Shown piece after piece: positions 51,091-59,721 of a DNA stretch of 64,000 nt. A program made the translations under genes and the position numbers. Where the stretch lies: contig OZ223496.1 of NCBI GenBank assembly GCA_965140785.1, positions 96,001 to 160,000 of the forward strand, given 5' to 3'. Position 1 is the stretch's first letter. Every line of letters starts with the position of its first letter. The notes under the pieces are model-generated. The model was not told the DNA's origin, ran no database searches, and was given only the letters and a program-made list of their open reading frames with translations. This DNA is from an uncultured Ruficoccus sp. Lineage in GTDB: Bacteria > Verrucomicrobiota > Verrucomicrobiia > Opitutales > Cerasicoccaceae.

Positions 51091-51606
51091 TCAGCGAGCC
51101 GGAGGCTCGGCCTGGGATTTGAGTTGGTCGAGTTCGTCGCGATAACGGGCGGCGTCCTCGTATTTTTCCTGCTCGACCGCATGGGCCAGCCGGTCCTGCA
51201 GGCGGTTGATCGCCTTGCGCAGACTGACGCGGTGGAGCATCTCATGGGGAATTTTCCCGATGTGATGGGAGTCCCGGTGCATGTTCTTAAGCATCGGAGT
51301 GATCAGCTTTTCAAAGGCTTCGTAGCAGTCCGGGCAGCCCAGACGACCGGTGCGCTTGAAGTCGCGCGGCGTGCAGCCGCACGAGGGGCACACCATGGAC
51401 GGGCCTTCCACGTGCTCGGAACCGACGGAAGCCTCCATGTTCTTGGCCATGAAGTCCGCCAGGGAAAAGCCTTCCGGGTCGGTCACGCCCTTTTGCTGGG
51501 CGCACTCTTCGCACAGGTCCACTTTCTGGATCTGGTTATTGATTATCTGCGTCAGGTGCACCGTGGCAAGCTTGCCGCAGATGTCACATACTAGCGATTC
51601 ACCCAT
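51091..51606 (-). CDS. mcsA: McsA (CxxC + UVR domain)
   Basis: Four CxxC motifs, GRLGCPDCY, EKYEDAARYRD. Confidence 0.93.
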   Translation of the reverse strand: MGESLVCDICGKLATVHLTQIINNQIQKVDLCEECAQQKGVTDPEGFSLADFMAKNMEASVGSEHVEGPSMVCPSCGCTPRDFKRTGRLGCPDCYEAFEKLITPMLKNMHRDSHHIGKIPHEMLHRVSLRKAINRLQDRLAHAVEQEKYEDAARYRDELDQLKSQAEPPAR

Positions 51607-51813
51607 GTCTTATATCTATCACAACTTGCCTGATAAGAAAAGGCTGATTGAATAATCGGCATATTTCATGCCCGTTTCAGTTTTCCTTCCCCAAAAAGAG
51701 GTCCATCGCCCCGACAAGCGAGCGCAAAACACCGGTAAGTTACTGGTAAAACCACCAATAACCTTGACCCCCGGGGGTGTGGGATAATCTTTTGGGGTCA
51801 AAGGAATGATTCC

Positions 51814-53151
51814 ATGCCCCTTTCCCGTCTCACCATTCTCCTCCCCACGCTTCTCTGCCTCCTGACCGCCCGGGCTTGGGGAGCCGAGGCGCAGCTCCAG
51901 TCCGGCCCCCTCGTCGGCTACGTCGAAATGCGCGAGGCCGCCCTCTGGGTCCAGACCACCGATTCCGCCCTGGTCCAGTTCTTTTACTGGCCCGACGACC
52001 AGCCCGACCAGCGCGCCCACACCCCCTCCGCCCTCACTCAGCAGGAAAACGCCTACACCGCCACCCTGATCACGGACCGCCTCCAGCCCGGCACGAAGTA
52101 CCGCTACGAGCTCACGCTCGACGGGGACAAGGTTCCGCTGGATTTTGAGACGACTTTCACCACCCCGCCGGATTACCGCGACCGCACCCCGCCGCCGGAC
52201 TTCACCGTCGCCCTCGGCGGCGGCAACTATGTCAACGAGCAGCGCTACGACCCGCCCAACCGCATCCCCGGCGACAGCTACCACATCCTGCTCGCCCTCA
52301 TGGCCAAGGACCCGGCCTTCATGATCTGGCTGGGTAACAATATTTACCTGCGTGAAGCCGACTGGGGCTCGCGCTCAGGCATGCTCGCCCGCTACCGGCA
52401 CAACCGCGCCCAGCCCGAGCTTCAGCCGCTCATGGCCTCCGTACCCAGCGTCGCCACCTGGAGCAGCCACGACTACGGCCCTCCCGGAGCCGACCGCTAT
52501 TTCCTGGGCCGTAATCACGCCCGCGAGGCCTTCCGCCTGTACTGGCCCAACCCCGACTACGGCCTCGACGAAGACCTCGGTCTGGCCTGCTCAGTCCGCT
52601 GGGGCGACGCGGAATTTTTCATCCTCGACGACCGCTCCTTCCGCGACCTGACCTCGCTCTCCGAGGAGCGCAAGGAAATCCTCGGAAAAACTCAGGTCAA
52701 GTGGCTGCTCGAATCCCTGCGCAAGAGCACCGCCACCTTCAAAGTCATCGTCATGGGCTCGCCCTTCCTCAATCCGGTGGAAGACGCCGCCCACTACAGC
52801 GCCGCCAAGGCCGAGCGCGACAAGCTCCTGCAACAGATCACGTGGGGCGAAATCGGCGGCCTCTTTTTCGTCAGCGGCGGCAAGGAGTTTGGCGAACTGA
52901 CCAAGGTGGTCCGCTCCAGCGCCCCGGATATTTACGAGGTCACCGTCGGCCCCATGACCGGTCGCCCGGCCAAAGATACCGGCGAACTCAACTACTTCCG
53001 CGTCCCCGGCACCACGGTCTTCGACCGCCAGTTCGCTACCCTGCGCTTCCAAGGCCCCGAAGGCAGCCGCCAGCTCACCGTCACCGTCTATAACGCCGAC
53101 GGCATCGAGCAGTGGTCCCGCACCTTCAACCGCTCAGAGATGGGCGAGTAG
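51814..53151 (+). CDS. PhoD-like secreted protein with degenerate metal-binding motifs
   Basis: Signal peptide, SGPLVG, LQPGTKYRY, WLGNNIY, WSSHDYG, LDDRSFR, LGKTQVKWL. Confidence 0.75.
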   Translation: MPLSRLTILLPTLLCLLTARAWGAEAQLQSGPLVGYVEMREAALWVQTTDSALVQFFYWPDDQPDQRAHTPSALTQQENAYTATLITDRLQPGTKYRYELTLDGDKVPLDFETTFTTPPDYRDRTPPPDFTVALGGGNYVNEQRYDPPNRIPGDSYHILLALMAKDPAFMIWLGNNIYLREADWGSRSGMLARYRHNRAQPELQPLMASVPSVATWSSHDYGPPGADRYFLGRNHAREAFRLYWPNPDYGLDEDLGLACSVRWGDAEFFILDDRSFRDLTSLSEERKEILGKTQVKWLLESLRKSTATFKVIVMGSPFLNPVEDAAHYSAAKAERDKLLQQITWGEIGGLFFVSGGKEFGELTKVVRSSAPDIYEVTVGPMTGRPAKDTGELNYFRVPGTTVFDRQFATLRFQGPEGSRQLTVTVYNADGIEQWSRTFNRSEMGE

Positions 53152-53178
53152 CAGGTATACGCGTCCCGACATAACGCG

Positions 53179-53517
53179 TCATCCCGGCACGTAATCCAAC
53201 AGATGCCTGACCGTCTGGAGAGGTAATTTTCGCAAGAATCCAAACATTAAATAGGGCAACAAGGGCGAAGTCCACATCAGGCACCAAGCCAACCGCCAGT
53301 AGTGGCGTTTATCCGTCCAGCGCGCAAAGACTGCCAGCCCCAGCCCAGCCATTTGCAGCCAAAGCATGCCCCGGAACATCACACCGGGCACACCCCCGTC
53401 AGACGAGTGGCTCGGAACAATCGTACCAATCAATAACGTCAAATAGAATCCGGTCAGCAGATAGGGGAAGAGCTTTATCGGACGGGACTCGTCTGCGGAT
53501 GGATCCAGTTCAGGCAT
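53179..53517 (-). CDS. Small membrane protein (paralog A)
   Basis: About 3 hydrophobic segments; similar to 53737-54057. Confidence 0.6.
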   Translation of the reverse strand: MPELDPSADESRPIKLFPYLLTGFYLTLLIGTIVPSHSSDGGVPGVMFRGMLWLQMAGLGLAVFARWTDKRHYWRLAWCLMWTSPLLPYLMFGFLRKLPLQTVRHLLDYVPG

Positions 53518-53736
53518 CGCTGTTAAAAAAGGGTGATTTCGGTTCCAGGGCAGGCGGGCAGTCCCCCGCGGCCAGTTTTTGTGCGAAAGGCTGAGGAATG
53601 CATGACGGCGCCCAAGCGGTCAGATAAACCCAGATGGGTGCACCCCACATCGTCCACCACGTCAACCGCATCGGGTTCGATTCGCCAATGGGTCGAAGGG
53701 CGGGCCGCATTTCACGGGACATGACGTCGTCCTCCC

Positions 53737-54057
53737 TCACGCATCCACCCAGAAAAAGATTTTCGTCAGCCAGAACCATTCCTGCCGGGATAGGTGACGC
53801 ATCCAGGCGAACATCAGGCTCGGCAAAAATGGCGAGCTCAGAAGAAAAAACCAGGCCACTCGCAACAGCGAACGCCGCTCCCACAGACGGGCTGCAATCG
53901 CAATCCCAGAGGCGCACCCGATAAGCGCAAACCGACCGTGCGCGAGAGCTGAGCTCCGCCCCCAGTCATCGCTGACCGTGGGCAGGATCAACCCGATCAC
54001 GACAAAAACGACGGCCATCAGCCCGAAGTTTAACAGCCGCACCGGCGGCGGGTCCAT
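53737..54057 (-). CDS. Small membrane protein (paralog B)
   Basis: About 3 hydrophobic segments; similar to 53179-53517; start could be GTG 54111. Confidence 0.6.
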   Translation of the reverse strand: MDPPPVRLLNFGLMAVVFVVIGLILPTVSDDWGRSSALAHGRFALIGCASGIAIAARLWERRSLLRVAWFFLLSSPFLPSLMFAWMRHLSRQEWFWLTKIFFWVDA

Positions 54058-54159
54058 TAAGGCGGAATCCGGGGTATAGAGCTTAAAATCGCTCACCCCT
54101 TTAATTATCACATTCGGAAATATCCCCGCTCTCGCGATTCAAAAAATACTGTAGCCCGA

Positions 54160-54246
54160 ATGGTTACATGGCTAAACGGCTGATGGTTAATTGCTGGATG
54201 CTGAGAGTAGAAAACAACAATTAGCCACTTAAACCATTTAGCCATT
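54160..54246. repeat. Two inverted arrays of 7-8-nt repeats
   Basis: ATGGTTAC ATGGCTAA ACGGCTG ATGGTTAA TTGCTG ... TTAGCCAC TTAAACCA TTTAGCCATT. Confidence 0.6.
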
Positions 54247-54342
54247 ATGCCTTTCGAAAGGGGCTACGATTTTATTTGAACCGCTCTAAACAAGCGATTT
54301 CCGTTTGGATGCCGCGGGGCTTGGGGGGCGCGGAGCCCCCGC

Positions 54343-55569
54343 TCACTTCGGGTACACGAAGTCCGGCTGGGAGATGCTATTGAGGCGGCCGGAGGGCAGC
54401 TTGGTCTTTTTGCCGGTCTCGGTGTCGATGATCCAGAGGGTTTCCTGGCCGCGGGCCGAGTAGGTGGCCACGAGGTGGCGACCGTCGTTGAGCCAGCGCG
54501 GCTGGCTGAAGCTGCCGCCCCCGCCGGTGAGGAACTGGCTCTTGCGCCCAGACAGGTCGTAGAGCGCGATCTGGTAGCCGCCCCGGGTCGAGGCGGTAAA
54601 GGCGATGGTGTTGGCACCGGAAACCGGGTTCCAGGCCGGCTCCGTGCAGTAGCCGCTGATGTTCGTCGGCAGGCGGCTGGGACGGCCCCCGCGCGCCGAG
54701 ACCACGAACAGCTGCGGTCCGCCGAGTTGGTCGCTGGTCAAGACCAGTTGGCCGCTGTCGGGCGACCAGTCCGGGTCGCTCTCCACGCTACGGCGGGTGC
54801 CCTGGGTAACGAGCTGCGGACGCTGCCCATCGGCCCCGGCCACGTACACCTCGGGCGAACCGGAGGAAGACAGCACCATGGCGATGTTGCGCCCGGAGGG
54901 ACTGAAGACCGCCCCGGTATTCGTCCCCTTGTAACCGGCCACCGTGACGCGGCGGCCCGTGTCCAGATCGATGAGAAAGATATCCGGAAAGCCCGTGCGG
55001 TAGTAGCCGGTGTAAAGGAGCTTGCGCCCGTCGGGCGCCCAGCGCGGGTGCTGCGAGTAGGAGCCATCCTGGGTCAGGCGCTTGACGTTACGGAAAAACA
55101 GGTCGCTGGTGTAAATCTCCTGGCGCTTGCCGTTTGCGGTCACGAAGGCGAGCTTACCGGCGAAGTAGCCGGGCTTGCCCGTGGTGCGCAGGACGGCCAG
55201 GTCGGCGGCGCGCAGGGCGGCATCCATCAGGCTGTTGCCGCGAACGGTTTCGTTGAGCTGGGTCACCGCCGGACGTCCGGACTGGATCTGGAGATTGACG
55301 GCGTTCGCCCCCGCCGGATTGATGACAAAGTTAAAGGTGCCCGAACCGGCCTTGACCACACGGAAGCCCCCGTGCGTAGAGAACGCGACCTCCAGCAGCC
55401 CGGCGATGTCGGCGTTTGAGCTGACGAGCGAGATCGCCTTCTCGCCACGGTCGACGACGCCCTTGATCTCGCCCCCCTGCAAGGCCGATTGAGCGTGGGC
55501 GGCAGGACGGGCGGCAAAAAGGAGAGCGGACAGAGAAAGGAACCAGAAAAAGCGGGTGGCAACTGTCAT
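54343..55569 (-). CDS. tolB: TolB-like beta-propeller protein
   Basis: Signal peptide from M 55569; PD40 repeats PRWAPDG, FSPSG, PDWSPDS, PAWNP. Confidence 0.8.
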   Translation of the reverse strand: MTVATRFFWFLSLSALLFAARPAAHAQSALQGGEIKGVVDRGEKAISLVSSNADIAGLLEVAFSTHGGFRVVKAGSGTFNFVINPAGANAVNLQIQSGRPAVTQLNETVRGNSLMDAALRAADLAVLRTTGKPGYFAGKLAFVTANGKRQEIYTSDLFFRNVKRLTQDGSYSQHPRWAPDGRKLLYTGYYRTGFPDIFLIDLDTGRRVTVAGYKGTNTGAVFSPSGRNIAMVLSSSGSPEVYVAGADGQRPQLVTQGTRRSVESDPDWSPDSGQLVLTSDQLGGPQLFVVSARGGRPSRLPTNISGYCTEPAWNPVSGANTIAFTASTRGGYQIALYDLSGRKSQFLTGGGGSFSQPRWLNDGRHLVATYSARGQETLWIIDTETGKKTKLPSGRLNSISQPDFVYPK

Positions 55570-55759
55570 ATCTCTAGAGACAAACAATTTCCTCCGCGCG
55601 TTGAAACGAAAATCGGGAAGAAAACACATTTTCTGCGCCTCCTCTCTTCTGGCGCGCATCCGCAACACCGATTTAGGCTTATTCTTCGTTTTTTTCCCGT
55701 AACCCTCACTGACCCTTGCCAAAGCTGGCATTTTCCACATGGGTAGAACTTTTCCACTC

Positions 55760-56836
55760 ATGAACGAAGACACGCTTTTAGCCGCCCTCAAGCAGGTGAA
55801 ATACCCCGGATTCAGCCGGGACATCGTCTCCTTTGGCCTCGTCTCCGGCGCCAAGGTCGAAGGCAACCGCGCCGTGATCGGCCTGGCCGTGACCACCGCC
55901 GACGAGCGCATTCCCCCGCTGCTCAAGCAGGACGTGGAGCGCGCCCTCTCCCAGATCGAGGGCATCGAGGGCGCGGACGTCACCGTCACTGTGAGCGCGC
56001 CGAAGACACCCCCGCCCCCCGCCGGCGGTAAAAAGCGCGACGTCACCGGCCCGGCCCAGCAACAGCTCCCCGGCGTGAAAAAGATCATCGCCGTCGCCTC
56101 CGGCAAAGGCGGCGTGGGCAAGAGCACTTTCGCCGTCAACCTCGCCTGCGCCTTTGACAAGCTCCTCTCCGAGCAGGGCCGCCCCCATCAGGTCGGCCTC
56201 ATGGACTGCGACATTTACGGCCCCTCCGTCCCACTCATGATGGGCATTAACTCACGTCCCGAGGTCCGCGACAACATGCTCACCCCGCTGGAGAACTTCG
56301 GCATCCGGGTCATGTCGATGGGCTTCCTGCTCGACGAATCCACCCCCGTGGTCTGGCGCGGCCCGATGGTCATGAAGACCATCCAGCAGTTCGCCGCCAA
56401 TGTGGACTGGGGAGAAATGGACATCCTCGTGGTGGACCTGCCGCCGGGCACCGGCGACGCGCAGCTCTCGCTCGTGCAGACCCTGCCGCTGGACGGAGCC
56501 GTCATCGTGACCACCCCGCAGAGCGTGGCCGTCAACGTCACCCGCCGCGGGGCCATGATGTTCGGCAAGGTCAATGTCCCCCTACTCGGCGTGGCCGAAA
56601 ACATGAGCTACCTCGAAAACCCGGACGGCTCGAAAAACTTTGTCTTCGGCCAGGGCGGCGGCGCCATCGCCGCGCGCGACCTGGAAACCGAGCTGCTCGG
56701 CCAGGTGCCGCTCGACCCGGCCATCGGCCAGGGCAGCGACCGCGGCATCCCCATGGTCGTCGGCAGCCCCGACAGTACCGCCGGCGAATCCTTTGTCGCC
56801 ATGGCGAAAACCCTACTGCAAAAACTCAACCTGTAG
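55760..56836 (+). CDS. mrp: Mrp/ApbC Fe-S carrier ATPase
   Basis: VASGKGGVGKST, DIYGPSVP, WRGPM, DLPPGTGD, ENMS. Confidence 0.93.
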   Translation: MNEDTLLAALKQVKYPGFSRDIVSFGLVSGAKVEGNRAVIGLAVTTADERIPPLLKQDVERALSQIEGIEGADVTVTVSAPKTPPPPAGGKKRDVTGPAQQQLPGVKKIIAVASGKGGVGKSTFAVNLACAFDKLLSEQGRPHQVGLMDCDIYGPSVPLMMGINSRPEVRDNMLTPLENFGIRVMSMGFLLDESTPVVWRGPMVMKTIQQFAANVDWGEMDILVVDLPPGTGDAQLSLVQTLPLDGAVIVTTPQSVAVNVTRRGAMMFGKVNVPLLGVAENMSYLENPDGSKNFVFGQGGGAIAARDLETELLGQVPLDPAIGQGSDRGIPMVVGSPDSTAGESFVAMAKTLLQKLNL

Positions 56837-56991
56837 AAAGTTGCCCCTGCACGTGATAGACTATCGGCTTGCCCGTTAAGGAGAAGACGCCCTCAATGCG
56901 GCTTTACAAACGCGGGACGTTCGGTATTACTAAAGTCACCTAAATGCTAATAACGCGATACGCTATCGCACCCAGGTCAACCCGGCCAGCC

Positions 56992-57216
56992 ATGAAAACC
57001 CCCTCACGCAGATCCCCCAGCAACGGTAAGGATTTCGTCCAGCGCTCCAGTTTGTATCAGGAGTTTCTGGCCGAGCGTGAGGAAATTCTCAAACACAAGT
57101 GGCTGGAATCCGAAAAAGCCGGTCATGACATTGGGTTCGAGCGGGCGCTCCTGGACTGGATTCGCAACCATCGTGACGACTGGCGGGCAGGCCGCCAGGC
57201 TCAACCGAGCAACTAG
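56992..57216 (+). CDS. Small conserved protein (DUF4032-like)
   Basis: EREEILKHKWLESEKAGHDIGFERALLDW. Confidence 0.75.
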   Translation: MKTPSRRSPSNGKDFVQRSSLYQEFLAEREEILKHKWLESEKAGHDIGFERALLDWIRNHRDDWRAGRQAQPSN

Positions 57217-57478
57217 CCCACGAGCGCCGGTGGACTGAGACAAGCCGCGGAAGGCTCCCATCCGCGGACAAGGGAGATTGCGTGACTTTATACTCCCAGG
57301 CAGCGAAATATCGACCGATGTAAAACTTGGCAAATTGCTTGCCTGCTGCCGGGGTAGTCGCCTCTCGGCGCCGTAGGGGCGTGGCCCCTGATCGCTGCTC
57401 CAGCCGGAGCCTGCATTTTTCTGCTTGCATCGTCGGGGGCAAGGGGTATGTTGGCACGCTTTTCAACACCCAGTAGCC

Positions 57479-57658
57479 ATGCCCAGAGACGTCGTAATCA
57501 TCGAATGCACGGAAGCCCGCAAGGAAGGCAAGCAAGCCTCCCGCTATATGACCACGCGCAATAAGAAGCTTTCCCAGGAAAAGGTTGAACTCAAGAAGTA
57601 CAACCCGCACCTGCGCCGCCACACGGTGCACAAGGAAATCCGCAGCGCGGCCCACTAA
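57479..57658 (+). CDS. rpmG: 50S ribosomal protein L33 (lacks the paired CxxC zinc motifs)
   Basis: [12 protein letters not shown]...YMTTRNKK...[17 protein letters not shown]. Confidence 0.93.
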   Translation: MPRDVVIIECTEARKEGKQASRYMTTRNKKLSQEKVELKKYNPHLRRHTVHKEIRSAAH

Positions 57659-57684
57659 GCAGCGGAGCTGACAGTTTTTCACGG

Positions 57685-57715
57685 AACCGGCGTTCTAGGG
57701 ACGCCGGTTTTTTTT
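57685..57715 (+). terminator. rpmG intrinsic terminator
   Basis: AACCGGCGTTC-TAG-GGACGCCGGTTTTTTTT. Confidence 0.8.
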
Positions 57716-58017
57716 GCAGGGCATGCCCTGCACCCTCGGTGCTAGCGCACCGGGATGCCTTTGCCGGGAGCAAAGGCATGGGCAACGGCGGTTAACGCCA
57801 ACCCGAACGAACCTCGGGCCATCTCTTTGGCACGATGCCGTATCTTGAGAGGCTCGTGCGCTGACTCGCTGAGGCTCGCAGGGTGGCGCGGGTACAATAC
57901 CGTCAATCACCTTTCACAGGTAAAGCCACCCTCCCTTCGGGGCAGGAGCCTTTCTGGCTCCGATGGGGCGTAGCCCCATCCAGATGCGGAGCATCTAGGG
58001 TGCAGGGCATGCCCTGC
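57716..58017. repeat. REP/REPIN- or MITE-like element with 28-bp inverted ends
   Basis: GCAGGGCATGCCCTGCACCCTCGGTGCT (57716-57743) vs reverse complement of 57990-58017, 26/28 identical. Confidence 0.65.
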
Positions 58018-59441
58018 TAGAAGTCGATCTGGAGCTGGAGGCCCAGCACGAGCGCGTCGTCTAGCTGATTGGCGGCTCCGGGATTGATGACACCCTGGAT
58101 GTTGGGCTGGACATAGAAATACTCCGTCACCTGATAGCGATAGCTCAGTTCCAGTTCGACTTCGTAGTCCTGCGGCGGCACGCCGGCCCGACTCTGGGAG
58201 TCCGAGTAGCTGCTGCTGAAGTTCAGCCAGGCCGCGCCGAAAGAGAGGATGTCCTTGTCCCGGCCCGGCAGGAGACCCCGGTAGTACAGCCCGCCGCTGG
58301 TGAAAAAGTCGGCGGCCTGGGCGACATCGTCGCTTCATGTTGAACTGCCCGCTGCTCCAGAAGTACAGCCCCTGAATTTGCTCCAGAAAGCCCTCGGACT
58401 GCCCCCACACCTGCTCGGCCTGCATGCGCTCGGAGTTTTCCTCCTGCACGGGAGTGCCCTCGCGGTAGAGGTTCTGCTCGATCAGGTAGTAGAAGCCGCC
58501 GATGTTGTGGGCTGTGCCCCCGGTATGCGTGGGAAAGGGACCGGTAAAAATCCAGCCGCCCAGGGCGTACTTGCCGGGCAGGCCCGTCGCGTTCTTGGAC
58601 CAGTCCTTCTTGTAGCCGATCTCGGACATGATATTGGCCCCCTGATTGAAATTGAAGCTGAAATCCGTCCCGTGGTTTATCCACGTCGGCCAGGCTATTG
58701 TCCGCCCCGTAGGCCCCGGCCATACCGTAGAAGCCGTCGTTATCCCCGGTCCGAACACCGCCGCGGATCAGCGCACCCCAAGTCGTGACCGGGTAGGCGT
58801 TGAACGACCCCATGAAAAAGAAACCGATCGGCTGCCCGTCGAAGGCGTTGTTCATGTAGAAGGCGAAGGCGTCGGAGTGCGAGAAGTCGTCAAACTGTGC
58901 GATACGTCCGGCCTTGATGGCGAAGTGCCCGTCCAGCAAGACCTGCTCCAGATAGAGGTTGACCAGGCGGTAACTCTCGTTGCCGTAAAGCTGCTGCACG
59001 TTGATCACGTTGTGAATCTTGCTCAGGGTGAGGCTGGTACCACTGCGCACCGACAGGCTGGTGAAGAAGGTCAGCCCCTCCAAACCGGCAAGCTTGTCCA
59101 AGTCCGCGCCAAAGTTGACCCCGGTGCTGTTGAGCTGAGTCACGCCCTGATCCTGCCCGCCGACGGGATTGCCCGCCACGTTAAGGGCGAAGGAAACGTT
59201 TCAGGTCGATCCCCATGTCCTCCAGCGCGGGGCGGGCGCCCCAGGCGTCGCCGAATAGGTAGTCGCGCGTGGCCATGTCTTCCCAGAAGGAATCGGGCTC
59301 AGACGCGCTCGTCTCCGTGGCGGTGGCCGCAGGCGTGGCCGGTAAAGCCGTATTCTCGACGGCTGGAGGCTCGGCGGCTTCAAGAACTCCGCCCGCACAT
59401 AAGCACAGGCACAACAAACGAATCGGTAGGGGGGTACGCAT
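58017..59441 (-). pseudogene. OprB-family carbohydrate-selective porin, about 3 frameshifts (possibly sequencing errors)
   Basis: DYLFGDAWGARPALEDMGI, AGNPVGG, LVNLYLEQ, YPVTTWG, LPGKYALGGW, PGRDKD, QPNIQGVINPG, terminal IDF; shifts near 59190, 58680 and 58330. Confidence 0.75.
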
Positions 59442-59721
59442 CGTTCAAACAGGGGTTGGAGTGGACAGTGAACGAAACCGGCAAGTAACAGAAAATGCCA
59501 GGTTCCGTTATGGGGGTATCGCGTCTCATGCGCTGAGTTTAATCTATACCAGTAAGCCCCCGACTAACAAGATAAATCGTATCCGTTTAACATGACAACG
59601 CCCTAACGGTGCGTCGATTTACCGACTGAAAAACGGCGGCGGGATTTCTCCGGTCAGGCCAGAAAAACGCTCCCGGCGGAAAAGCCTCGCAACCCGCGAA
59701 ACCGGGTCACAGAACGCCGGA

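Noticed and set aside
49906..51813. CtsR or CIRCE operators around mcsA/clpC
   Set aside because: Only partial matches (TTGACCCC...GGGGTCAA near 51763-51801); neither consensus is met
54160..54246. Possible CRISPR array
   Set aside because: Units are 7-8 nt with no spacers, and no cas genes are in the window
55570..56160. N-terminal extension of the 605-aa TolB ORF
   Set aside because: It overlaps mrp on the other strand; the signal peptide begins at M 55569
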